DNA of 64,000 nt from the human T2T-CHM13v2.0 reference genome, Homo sapiens. The translations under genes were made by a program, and so were the position numbers. The notes below the pieces were generated by a model. The model saw only the letters and a list, made by a program, of their open reading frames with translations, did no database searches and was not told the origin of the DNA. The stretch is from the NCBI RefSeq assembly GCF_009914755.1, contig NC_060936.1. One strand, written 5' to 3'. Below are positions 1-33,472 of the stretch, piece after piece (position 1 is the stretch's first letter; the number at the start of each line of letters is the position of its first letter).

Positions 1-532
1 ATTACACGACTGCACTCCAGCCTGGGCAATAGAACGAGCCCCATCTCTAAAAACAAAACAAAAGAAAGAAGGAAATCTGAGGTTGGGTATACATACAGTT
101 CAAGACCATAGCCTTCTCAAAACATAAAAATATGCTTTCTGTATTTATTCCTTTTAATAAGCAATCCCCTATAACCTGCCTCATTAAGGTAAGAATATTC
201 AAAATATCCACATAAGGAAAAAATTGACTTGTGGTAGAAGAGAGTGAGTGAGTTACCAGGATCTTGAATGAAAACAAAACAGGGCCCCAGCAATGAATCC
301 CAAAGTTTGGTGGTGAAGTTAGTGCTGTACAACACTTCACGCAAAGCACAGAGGGCAGTCACTGTTCCAGGAGCCCCAGAAAACCACCATGGCAAGCCGG
401 CTCGAGAATCACTCCCACTCTAATGCCCGCTACCACTCAGACACATCTCAGTAACTACCCTTCCGTGAAAGAGATCTTGCAAGGTGAATGTGAATTCAAA
501 GGTTAAAGATTCACTTCTATTCTCCCTAATAA

Positions 533-6634
<6,102 letters not shown>

Positions 6635-6934
6635 AAAATCTTTTTTTAAAAAGTTTAAGAAAAAAAGACACTTATTATAGAAAATATATATTTTAATAAA
6701 ATCTAATCCCCCTTCCTCCTGACCAGATATCCAAAAAAAAAAAAAAAAAAAACCTTAAGCAATTTACAGAAACAAGAGGTTCCACAAAACAAGCAGTTCC
6801 CAAAAACAAGAATGGTGAAAATTATGTTCATACAAAAAGCAGTAATATTCTTCATATTCTCATCTGATTTCTTAAGGTTATGTTTACTCCTATTTTTTAA
6901 ATGTCATGGTTCAAATAAATAAAAAAGTATGAAC

Positions 6935-7060
6935 AGAGAGCTGGACTAGGAAGTGAGACACCTAAATTCCACCCCAGTTGGATGACCCTGAACAACTCAC
7001 ATAACCCCTTCCCCGGCTCAGTATTCCCAACTTCAACCTGAGGACACTAATTAAATAAGA
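6935..7060 (+). mobile_element. MIR-family remnant
   Basis: GGACTAGGAAGTGAGACACCT...TGACCCTGAACAACTCACATAACC resembles the MIR core. Confidence 0.45.
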
Positions 7061-7572
7061 TCTGTTTCTAACTCCATACCTTCACAGTTCTAGTCCTGTT
7101 TTGGGTATCAAATCCAAATCCTGTAAGCAAAAGGTCAAGGATTCAGAAGTGAAAGGAAAGACTGTGGCTCTAACTTTGCCAAAGTGAAAAGTACAGACCT
7201 CTGCCATCAGTGAAGAAAGAACCCAGATCTGATAAGAGCTTCAAACAGGCTCAGCACCTCCTGGCACACATAGAGCGGCATCACGTTGCCCCAAGAAAAT
7301 CACATCTCTACACATCAGACTCTTTCCAGTCCATTTTGCCCCATCCACAAAATGAAAATGCCACTTTATTTACTAAATCTAAAAATTCTGTTGGGAGGCA
7401 AAGGAGAGTTGAAGAATTTGCAATGAATTTAACCTGCCAGGAGAGGGAGTTTAACACCAAGCTTCCAGAAACAGGCTGCGTGGTAGCTACAACGTCCAGA
7501 AACCCAGGTTTCAACGCGGCCCTGCTTCAAGACCCAAAGGAAATTCAGCACCAGGCGGGTGAAGTGACTTAC

Positions 7573-7670
7573 CTGTGCACAGCTGCACTCGCAGACTTCG
7601 GAGCCCCCACCTAATTCTAAAATGCTGTATGTCCATGAACTTAATAACAGAAGGTCAGGGGAGAGACGTT
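7573..7670 (-). other. Candidate alternative 5'UTR or first exon
   Basis: Perfect consensus donor CAG|GTAAGT at 7573/7572; candidate acceptor TTTCCGTTGCTCTCAG ending 7671; lies in unique, CpG-retaining DNA. Confidence 0.45.
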
Positions 7671-8656
7671 CTGAGAGCAACGGAAATCTATCTTAAGATA
7701 AAGATGTTTCTGAGGCTGATTTTTCAAGTCAAACTTGAGAGAGAAATTCAAAGGCTATGTTCTCATATCATATTCCTGGGTTTGGGAGGTTCATTCACAG
7801 CTTAATCCTGTCCCCTGAAGTCACGGTTACGTAAGTATGCTGTGTCACTTGCTGTCCCCACCCCCAACACAGGAGATGCAGTGTAACCTGAGCTCCTCGG
7901 CTTGAGCCACTGAAAACACTTACACAACGCTGGGACCTTTCCAAATTGACTTGTTTCCCCTTAAGAAAGGGCAAGCTATTTGATTTTCTTCCTTCCACTT
8001 CATTCACATTCATATTTCTGTATATACAGAAGAGACTGAAAAAGATAAATAAGATTGAAGGGCATTTGCAAATTTTCTTCAATTCTTGAGTAAAACAAAA
8101 AAGTCAACTATCCAATGTCACGGAAAAGTAACCAAAAAAAAAAAAATTATGGGCCTGCTTAGCCCCAATTTAAAAACATCACATCTCCTGGCTGAACTGA
8201 GCTTAAGGTCCTTGGACGGGCTTCATTTCCCACGTACTGGCTGTTTCTAGAGCCAGGCCCCATACGCTACTGCCACGCGCAGCATACTGCCACACAGAAG
8301 GGCTTTGGGGGCACATGGGAAATGGCTCTCCAAGAACACAGGAGACACATCAGCAGTCTCTTCTGACTACTCTTCTTGCCCTCTCTTCCTTCTCTGGACT
8401 ACTCCAGCTACTGGGCAGCTTCGATTACGGAATGATGACTCACACGCATTCCTGTCTTGTTTGCATATCATGCTATGACTAAGCTCCATGAGATTTGATT
8501 TGTCTTCGCATCCAACGAATCTAAAAAAGTTTGATACACAGTAAGAGTTCAAAAAAGTTCTCAAGTGAGTCAACAGCAAAACAAGAATCCATAAAATTAT
8601 GCAAAATGATGCGATTTTCAAACTAAAGCATCAAGTAACTGTATCTTACACTCTAA

Positions 8657-9136
<480 letters not shown>

Positions 9137-9475
9137 TGAGACCTCATCTCTAATTATTAATGAACAAATTAATAAAAAGTAGGTCAATGGGCCGGGCACG
9201 GTAATCCTAGCACTTTGGGAGGCCAAGGCGGGCAGATCACTTGAGGTCAGGAATTCAAGACCAGCCTGACCAAAACGGCGAAGCCCCATCTCTACTAAAA
9301 ATACAAAATCAGCCAGGCGGCGTGGTGGCACATGCCTGTAATCCCAGCTACTCAGGAGGCTGAGGCAGGAGAACTGCTTAAACCTGGGAGGCAGAGGTTG
9401 CGGTGAGCAGAGATGGCGCCATTGTACTCCAAGAAAGTAGGTCAATGAAGCTATGGGCAAACTGCTCAATTACTA

Positions 9476-9817
<342 letters not shown>

Positions 9818-9858
9818 TTAGATAATTACATTTGTTGACAGTATTATACTTTCTAGAC

Positions 9859-10797
<939 letters not shown>

Positions 10798-11189
10798 GCT
10801 AGAATACATACTGGAAGCAGAAAACAAGCAGCTCTCCTCTTGGCATCGATAGTAAAACTAACAAGCAGATAATACCCCAGGCCCCCCTGGATATGCAACA
10901 TCCATCTTCTGTGCTCCATTACAACATGTATGTGAGGAAAAGGGCAGAGAAATGTAAAACTCCTGAATCTCGAGCCAGGAATAATTTAATTGTTCTTAGC
11001 ATAGAAAAGGAAAAAATAGCACTTACAGTAAGAGGAACTTTAAAATATCTATTTGACAGGTGATACATAATGTATAAGGAAGCTCTGCTGGCAGCACAAG
11101 GCACTGCCCAGTAAAACCGAGAGCTCAGCACAAAGAGTTTGAAAACACACCCACATGAAACTCAAAGCAAAATACAGTACAGAGACTGA

Positions 11190-11591
<402 letters not shown>

Positions 11592-12521
11592 TGAGCCACC
11601 GTGCCCAGCCGCATATAGCTGTTTCATTGGCCCATATTCTAACACCTGGGAAACTTGTTAGTCTTCCGAATAAGATACAGAACACTCCTTGTGCACATTT
11701 ACACAGAGTGGTCCGATGACATGATGACACTGTGTGACTGCTCAGAATGTGTGCCCTAACAACAGTTCCGTGACTCAAAATCAAACCACAGGGCATGAAG
11801 GCAGGGAGCATGCACTCCAAGGTAGAATACCCGGTAAGCGCATGAGTGAGCGGTCTACGCGAGCTGAGGACAAGTGACAGACACCTAAGAGCATCGTTGA
11901 CTCTGGCTTCCCAAAGCTTGGCCCTGAACACAGGGAAAATGTGTGTGACGCCACCAAACACAGTTTGGGGCGCAGGCCACAGAAGGGCCAATGTATCAAA
12001 TCAGTGCACTAACAAGCGAGATTCACTGGACAGAATATAAAGCAGGGGCCTGGAGACACTGGTTTCAGTATCAACTAGTAGGCTGATTTAAAAGGTAACA
12101 GAATAGGCCGGGTGCAGTGGCTGACGCCTGTAATCCCAGTACTTTGGGAGGCCAAGGTGGGTAAATCACTTGAGGCTAGGAGTTCGAGACCTTCGGGCTG
12201 GCCAACATGGTGAAACCTGTCTCTACTAAAAATATAAAAATTAGCTAGAAGTGGTGGCACATTCCTGTAATCCCAGTTATTCAGGAGTCTGAGGCAGGAG
12301 AATCGCTTGAACCCGGGGAGGTGGAGGTTGCAGTGAGCCAAGATTGCGCCACAGCACTCCAGCCTGGGCAACAGAGCAAGACTCCATCTGAAAACAAAAA
12401 ACAAAGGCCAGGTACAGTGGCTCACGCCTGTAATCCCAGCACTTTGGGAGGCCGAGGCAGGTGGATCACGAGGTCGGAAGATCAAGACCATCCTGGCTAA
12501 CACAGTGAAACCCTGTCTCTA

Positions 12522-12755
<234 letters not shown>

Positions 12756-13417
12756 TCAGTTCCACATATCCCCATCAAGTTCACTGCCTTGTCTATAGGA
12801 CTGACTTAAACCACCTCTAGAGTCAGGTGTCAGAATAAGAGCATTCCATCATCTTCAAAAACACATGCCTTTCACATGAGATTACTTGTTTTATTGAATA
12901 TTAAAGTCACTCAGCCTGTCCTTTTTTCCATTCCTGTCATGACTATTTATAAGCACCAATATTTCTTCACTGATCTGCATCCCCTGTGTAATCCCATGAG
13001 ACGTTCTGTCACTGCTGCATGGCTCCTGTTGCCGTCATTGCCTAGATTCACAAGGGACGCGTTCTCGCAAGTACTATGGTCAAAAAAGTCAGAAGGATTC
13101 CAGGAGCCGTAACTCTAGGTTTTTTTTAGTCTTTTGTCACTTTACTGTGCTAGGACCACTAAGATCTATTTTCACTGATATTTCTCTAAGTATGTGGGTA
13201 TTTATGTATGCTTCATACACGATATATTATATATAACTTTTTAAATAGGCCAGACTCAGCTTTAAAATTAACACAAAGATTAAAAAAGCAAATAGCAGCC
13301 AGGCGCGGTGGCTCACACCTGTAATCCCAGCACTTTGGGAGGCCAAGGCGGATAGATCACCTGAGGTGAAGAGTTCAAGACCAGCCTGGCCAACATGGCA
13401 AAACCCCATCTTTACTA

Positions 13418-13543
<126 letters not shown>

Positions 13544-13697
13544 CTATCTCAAAAAAAAAAACAAAAAGGAAACAGCAGCCGGGTGTGGTTGCTCACGGCC
13601 GTAATCCCAGCACTTTGGGAGGACAAGGCGAGCGGATCACCTGAGGTCAGACGTTCAAGACCAGCCTGGCCAACTTGGTGAAACCCCCTCTCTACTA

Positions 13698-13889
<192 letters not shown>

Positions 13890-14969
13890 TTAAGGATAAA
13901 GTACGAAAGATGAGTAAATATTGTAATCACTGTTTATTTAAAAGGTCAATGCCGGCCAGCTCAGTGGCTCACGCCCATAATCCCAACACTTTGGGAGGCC
14001 AAGGTGGGCAGATAGTTTTGAGCTCAGGAGTTTGAGATCATCCTAGGAAACATGGCGAAACCCTGTCTCTGCAAAAAATACAAAAATTAGCCAGGCGTGG
14101 TGGTGCGTGCCTGTGGTCCCACAGAGTGAGACCTTGTCTCAAACAAGTAAAAATAAATGGATCAATGTGAAAAGCCCATTCAGACACTAAAGGACTGACA
14201 CAAGTCAGTAAGTATCAGAAAATTAACTGGCCCCTTAATTCAAAAGGAGCTACAAGGAAGTTTTATTTCCAATTTCTAACTGAGACAAACCTTACAGAGC
14301 AATTTATAAAATTAGCCTGCTAACCTTAAGTGTTGATTTGAGAATATCACACAATAAGACACTGACAGTAAATACAAAGTTTATGGTATCTTTCCAAAGT
14401 CAAGAGTAGACATACCCCTTTGAAAAATTATTCTGTGCTTAAGAAAATTATATGTATTTAAAACTTAAGGTGTGTATGACATAGTACAGAATACAAGTTG
14501 TACCTAGAGAAGTTTTAAAAAGGAAGGACAGGATTAAAAACTAACCCAGGGAGAAGGTTGGGGCATAAGACAATGTTTTTTTTAGAGATGGAACTCTGAG
14601 CTCTGATGCAACTGCCTGCAATTATGAATGCCTTTGCACAGCTCAGTCTGAGTGCAGATTTATATTCCTACTACTTAGCACGCAGAAAATAAAGAGCCTC
14701 CCAATGTTCCTCCATCTGCAAAAAAAAAAAAAAATGTTTTAAGGGAACATGGAAAGCTGAATAATTTGAGTTATTTTGTTCATTTACACAAAATTCTACA
14801 AAATTCCTGTGACTTTGTAACTCTAACACATACCACTAGCTTAAGACACAGATCTTAAAAGGGGCTGAAATTACTAGGCCTCTCTAGTATCTCCCAGAAG
14901 AACTTACTTAATGGGTCGGCAGCAGTCAATTATACTAACGTGTAAAAAGAAGCAATGTGCTTAATATAG

Positions 14970-15125
14970 CATCATAAAATGTTAGAATCAGAAGAGACTG
15001 TAGCAATCTAGTTCAACTCTCTCATTTTACCAACAAGAAAACTGATTCTAAAAAGTGAAATCACTTGTCAAGGTCATACTTACTTAACAGTCTAGGACTA
15101 AAACCCCAATCTCCAGGCTCCTGAC
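14970..15125 (-). mobile_element. MIR3-like remnant
   Basis: ATCTAGTTCAACTCTCTCATTTTAC...GAAAACTGA...CACTTGTCAAGGTCA. Confidence 0.6.
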
Positions 15126-15536
15126 CCTAATGTAAACTGATGAATAAATGTTTCTAAATTATTATATACAGCAGTGAGATCAAAGAGTCAATCTCAAGGC
15201 AAGTTAAAACTGACCTCCCCAGCCAAGGTGGTTCACACCTGCAATCTCAGCACTTTGGGAGGCTGAGGCAGGAAGATCACTTGAGCCCAGGAGTTCAAAA
15301 CCAGCCTGGGCAACACGGCAAAACTCCATCTCTACAAAAAATTAGCCAGGTATGGTGTCGCGTGCCTGCAGTCCAGGCTATCTGGGAGGCTGAAGGAGGA
15401 TCACCTGAGCCCAGGAGATTGAAGCTGCAGTGAGCTGTGATTGTGCCACTGCACTCCAGCCTGGATGAGTTTTTTTTTTCTTGAGACAGAGTGAGAACAC
15501 GTGCTACAAGGAGGGTTTTTGGTGAGACCCTGTCTC

Positions 15537-15567
<31 letters not shown>

Positions 15568-16111
15568 ATTGATTTCCCTTTCCATTCTTCACAAAGGAAA
15601 AAAGTTGGCATATTGTTGCCTGCCCCTTAAACAGTCAGACATGGCCCACACCAAAAGCAAAAGCATACCAAAACTGCTCTGAACAAGAAAAGGGTACAAA
15701 GACAACTCCTAGAAGAATCAAGGTCTTTCATATTGGATTGGGTTTTTTTCTTTTCATAAAAGCTTTCTTGCCTGTAATGCCAGCACTTTGGGAGGCCGAG
15801 GCAAATCACCTGAGGTCAGGAGTTCAAGACCAGCCTGACTAACATGGCGAAACCCCATCTCTACTAAAAATACAAAAATTAGCCAGGCATGGTGGCGGGC
15901 ACCTGTAATCCCAGCTACTCAGGAGGCTGAGGCAGGACAATCACTTGAACCCGGGAGACGGAGGTTACAGAGCTCACACCATTGCACTCTGGCCTAGACG
16001 ATAAGAATGATACTCCGTCTCAAAAAAAAAAAAAAAAAGGTTCTTGTTTTTATTTTGCAAATGAGCAAGTTTAATAGTTGCTATAGGTCTTGAGAGACAA
16101 TGGACAAATAA

Positions 16112-16345
<234 letters not shown>

Positions 16346-16371
16346 TAGCCAGGATGGTCTCGATCTCCTGA

Positions 16372-17154
<783 letters not shown>

Positions 17155-17333
17155 TGATCTGCCCACCTTGGCTTCCCAAAGTGCTGGGATTACAGGCACG
17201 AGCCACCACGCCCAGCCTATATTTCAAGAGAAGCAGTCTACTAAATTTACTCACAAATCCATAAGATAGTTTCTGTACAACCACCTTAGATGCTGTAAGT
17301 GGAAACTAGGAATTGGTTTCATTTGGATTTTAA

Positions 17334-17642
<309 letters not shown>

Positions 17643-17830
17643 TAACTTCAGTGTTTGTTATTTTTATTTTTTTTTTTTTTTGAGACTGAGTCTTGCTCTG
17701 TCACCCAGGCTGGAGTGCAGTGGTGAGATCTCGGCTCACTGAAAGCTCCGCCTCCTGGGTTCACGCCATTCTCCTGCCTCAGCCTCCCGAGTAGCTGGGA
17801 CTACAGGCGCCTGTCACCATGCCTGGCTAA

Positions 17831-17959
<129 letters not shown>

Positions 17960-18114
17960 TAGCCTCATTTCTTGCTCTTAATCTGCAATCCATTAACAGC
18001 TACAGTTTCCTCGAGAGCAGGACACATGACTGTTTTACTCAACTTTCCCAGTGTCTGGGCTAGTACCTCCCTATAGTAGATGCTTAATAAATATCTGCTA
18101 AATATAGAAACTAA

Positions 18115-18562
<448 letters not shown>

Positions 18563-18589
18563 TAATATTTTGAAGGTAAAAAGAAAAAG

Positions 18590-19800
<1,211 letters not shown>

Positions 19801-19854
19801 TAAAAAACTGGTGTACTTAGCAGTTTTCCTACTTACTATCTACAACCAGTTATT

Positions 19855-28729
<8,875 letters not shown>

Positions 28730-28730
<1 letters not shown>

Positions 28731-28775
28731 TTGATTGATTGATTGATTGATGGATGGATAGACAGACAGACAGAC
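28730..28775 (+). repeat. Compound (GATT)n(GATG)n(GACA)n microsatellite in an Alu tail
   Basis: Read directly from sequence. Confidence 0.9.
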
Positions 28776-28828
28776 TAGCCTTGCTTTTTGCCACAGATTC
28801 CCTATACTAATCGAATAACTAAGCACCT

Positions 28829-29052
28829 GAAGTCAGAATACCTGAGTTCACATGCTGGTAAAAGGTATTCTGACTTCAGGTGCTTAGCTGTATAACCCTG
28901 GTCAAGTTACTTGACCTTTCTATGACCCTCCTGCCGAATGCACATGACGACAGCACGCTCACTGGGTTAGGGTTGATTAAATGAAATAAAACACATAAAA
29001 AGCTAGCCCAGAGCCTGGCCACAAGATGCCTTCAATAAATGTTCATTGTTAT
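28829..29052 (+). mobile_element. MIR element carrying a perfect inverted repeat
   Basis: GAAGTCAGAATACCTGAGTTCA...TAGCTGTATAACCCTGGTCAAGTTACTTGACC...GATTAAATGAAATAA...TCAATAAATGTT matches the MIR consensus. Confidence 0.8.
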
Positions 29053-29599
29053 AATTTACAGAGAAAAAAAGGCCCCAAGTCTGAGAAGCGACATGCCTGG
29101 GGATTCTTGCTAAAGGTTATCATTAAATCTAAAAGTCAAACAAACACATTCCTGACTCTGGGATACTCTCCTGATTCGTGGATACCATCGCTAACAGTAG
29201 TGACACAAATCAAATAATAAGAACAGCCAGAATCATAACCCTAATGACAGCAGTGGCCACAGCACTTAATACTTATAGAGCTGCTAGGGGCCACTGTCCT
29301 AAAAGAGGAAGAAGGCCAGGCTGCTGAATCACACACACACAATTACAGAATCTTCTCCACCCTTTGTTTTAAAAAACAGTTCACTGGCGCCCAAGTTTTG
29401 CTAAAAACAGGTATCTAAACCGATGACGGACAACGTGTAATTTCTTCATACCAAAGAGGTGGGGCTGTGCAGGGAGGAGGGGGTGGCGCTCGGCTCCTGC
29501 CAGATGGAAAAGCCACATGAAGTGGAGAAACAGCCGGATTCAGGATTCACCCCCGAATCAAAACCCGATTTTTGAAAGGCAGGACCTTCCAATTCGGGC

Positions 29600-30800
29600 A
29601 ATCGCTAGGTTCTGCTTGTAAAATAACCTCTGAACAAGTGTCATCTGCCTTCCGCGCCAATCCCCTGCCGCGGTAGAAGGTTCGGATTACCGGGCAGCGG
29701 TGTGATTTCGGAAACCCGAGAGCGATCTGGCCACCTCCAGCCTTCCCCGGTCTCCGAGAATCACAGCCCCACTTGAGAGGAAAACAAAAGCCGGGGCAGC
29801 GGGGGAGGCCGGGCCAGGGTGCCCTCCATGCCGGATCGCGGGCGCCGGGCACCCGGGGCCTGAGGAATGCTCAGGTGACAGGCGCGGCGCCCGGGGCAAC
29901 AGGTCCCGCCCGGCTTCGGCCTCCCGGGGTCCGGCCGATCCCACATCCGCCCCGGGGCCCAGGAGAGGGAGCGGGGCGCCAGGGAGAGAGCGGCGCCTGG
30001 GGCGGCGCAGGGGCAAGGAGTCCAAGCTCCATCTTGAGGCGGGCGGAGGAAGCGAAGGCCCGGCTCGGCGCTGACAGGGCCGCCACTTTTCCAGCTCCGG
30101 AGGAGCCCCCCAGGGACCCCCGGCCTCCGGCGCCGGCCACCCGAGACTCCCGCGGTCCCCTCCCGGACGGCTCCGGCGCGCGAGGCTCGGCCCCGCTCCC
30201 GGACGCCGGGCTTCGACCCCCGACCCGACCCTGGGCGGGCCCCGCAGGCCGGGAAGCCGGCAGGGGAGCAGGGGGTGCCGGGAAAGGGAGAGGGCCCGCG
30301 CCGCCCCCTGCTCACCTCCTCGGACGCCGCCGGTCGCCGCCACCTGTCCCACTGCAGCAGCAGCAGCCGCCGCGGCCGCCGCCTCCCGCCTCCCGGCTCG
30401 TCGGCTCGGGGCGGGGGAGAGCGTGACGCGCCGCCGCCGCCGCGGGGCCGGGCGGGCGCGCGCTGCCAGGAGAAGACGCCGCGCGGCTCCTCCCAGCGCT
30501 CCGCCGCCGCGCCCGCCCGGCCGGCCGGCCCGGCCGGCCCGGCCCCTCGAGTCCGCACCGGCCCTGCGGCCCGCGCCCGGCCCCGCGCCGCCTCTTTGTC
30601 TGCGCCCACCGCGGCCCCGGGAGGACCCTGGCCCCGGCGCGCCCGCCGCTCCGCCCTCGAACCCTCCCGAGCCCCGGCTTGGGGAGCAAGGTGCGAGGGA
30701 AAACCCACAGGCCTGCTCCGAGGGGCTTCTCGTCATTTCTGCAAAGTGTTCCCAGAATTTGCAAGTCACACCCAAGAGCCCCATTCAGCCTCGACCTCAG
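29600..30800. promoter_or_regulatory. CLIP1: CpG island / main promoter of the minus-strand gene (probably CLIP1)
   Basis: Abrupt very GC- and CpG-rich, Alu-free segment with GC boxes (GGGCGG/CCGCCC) and a TGACG half-CRE at ~30424; flanking DNA is CpG-depleted. Confidence 0.92.
30316..30465 (-). other. CLIP1: Non-coding first exon (5'UTR), probably CLIP1; upstream boundary/TSS approximate
   Basis: Minus-strand donor GAG|GTGAGC at 30316/30315 inside the island; no ATG in the exon; sequence matches my recollection of the CLIP1 mRNA 5' end (not database-verified). Confidence 0.8.
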
Positions 30801-31958
30801 CCCGCTCTTTGGGGCTGATTCATTTGTTTGCCCTCCCCTTCCCGCCAGACAAGGGTGAGAAATCCTTTGAAACAGGCTGCAAGGCGCTTCCGAAGCAGGT
30901 TAAGTTGGGGATTGGGAAGGATCATCTCTGCCCTCGCCTCCCTCCAGGGAAAGACCCTGGATGAGGCGTCCCTGGAGAAAATGCTGAAAGGAACTGTAGA
31001 GCAGGTTAAGCTTGGGAAGAACTGTATCTGCTCCCCACTTCCCTCCGGGAACGACCGCGGGTTAAAAATCCTTTGAAACGATCCCAGGGTTTGCTCCGTT
31101 CGTTTGAGAAAAGCCCCTTTTATTCGCCCTGGCTGCTTGGACGGAAGCCCTGGTTAGTGTCCCATCCTCCTTCCCCCCTGGGATTTCCTTTAAAAGCTTT
31201 TGAAAGGGACAGGAGGGAAGGCTGCAACAGCCTGCTCGGGGCTGGGGTAGCAGAGGGCGGCCAGCATTTCACTCCCATGGACCATGGCAACCCCAGAAGC
31301 CTTACATCTCCAGGGAGGAATTTGCAGCTGTCGGGGAAGCCCAGGATTTTGTGGTGGATAAGGGGGCAGGGGCTTCCTCCTCCTTGCCAGTAGAAGAGAA
31401 TAATCGGCGGGTGACCCCTCTAGCTGACCTTTATTCAAAGCACCGTGCTGCCTGGACCAGCAGGAAGAGGGAACTGCTCTGGTAATGCACGAAGTTCTGA
31501 ACTATGTAAATTTGTCTCCTGGCCCCTCCTCTCCATTCATGTCTGAAATCCCTCGAAATGCTGTTACCTAATTCAACATCGCCCTAATTTACAGGCTGCA
31601 AGGTCAGGTGGTGGTGGTACTCCTGAAATCCCATATCCATATTCCTAATCTGAAAGGCGCGCCTCACCCCCTAATCTAAACAGTCTTCAGCTGTAATCAG
31701 CAAGCTGTGGAATCATAGATGTCATAGGATGAGGCACAGACCACTTCTAATGGGGGAGTTCAGCTAGGAACACTTATGGGCTTGTCTTTTCTTCTCTACT
31801 CAGTAGGCTGAGCCTGTCTTTATTAAAAATATTGTTTTGGGGCTGGGTGTGGTGGCTCACGCCTGTAATTCTAGCACTTTGAGAGACCCAGGTGGGTGGA
31901 TCACCTGCAGACAGGAGTTCAAGACCAGCTTGGCCAACATGGTGAAACCCCGTCTCTA

Positions 31959-32084
<126 letters not shown>

Positions 32085-32127
32085 CTACACTCCAGCCTGG
32101 GTGCCGGAGGGAGACTCTGTCTCAAAA

Positions 32128-32190
32128 AATATATATATATATACACATGTATATATATATGTATATATATGTGTGTGTGTGTGTGTATAT
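32128..32190 (+). repeat. (TA)n/(TG)n compound microsatellite
   Basis: Read directly from sequence. Confidence 0.9.
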
Positions 32191-32254
32191 TTGCTTGTTC
32201 TCATGGGTTATTCTATGTCATTGTCATGTTCATCATTTGCTTATTTATTTATAA

Positions 32255-32533
<279 letters not shown>

Positions 32534-32607
32534 TGATCCGCCTGCTTTGGGCTCCCAAAGTGCTGGGATTACAGACGTGAGCCACCGTGCCCGGCCATTA
32601 ATTTTTA

Positions 32608-33244
<637 letters not shown>

Positions 33245-33283
33245 TAGAGAGGGGGTTTCTCTGTGTTATCCAGGATGGTCTCA

Positions 33284-33472
<189 letters not shown>

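Noticed and set aside
7210-7614. 134-aa plus-strand ORF in unique DNA
   Set aside because: GTG start, no recognisable domain; length is compatible with chance. Only Ribo-seq or PhyloCSF support would rescue it.
29470-29495. Possible CTCF site (GGAGGGGGTGGCGCT)
   Set aside because: Lacks the CCAC/CCAG 5' half of the core motif.
29687-30964. Long overlapping ORFs of 131-365 aa in the CpG island
   Set aside because: Stop-codon scarcity in very GC-rich DNA; Gly/Ala/Arg/Pro low complexity, open on both strands, and they cross the splice donor.
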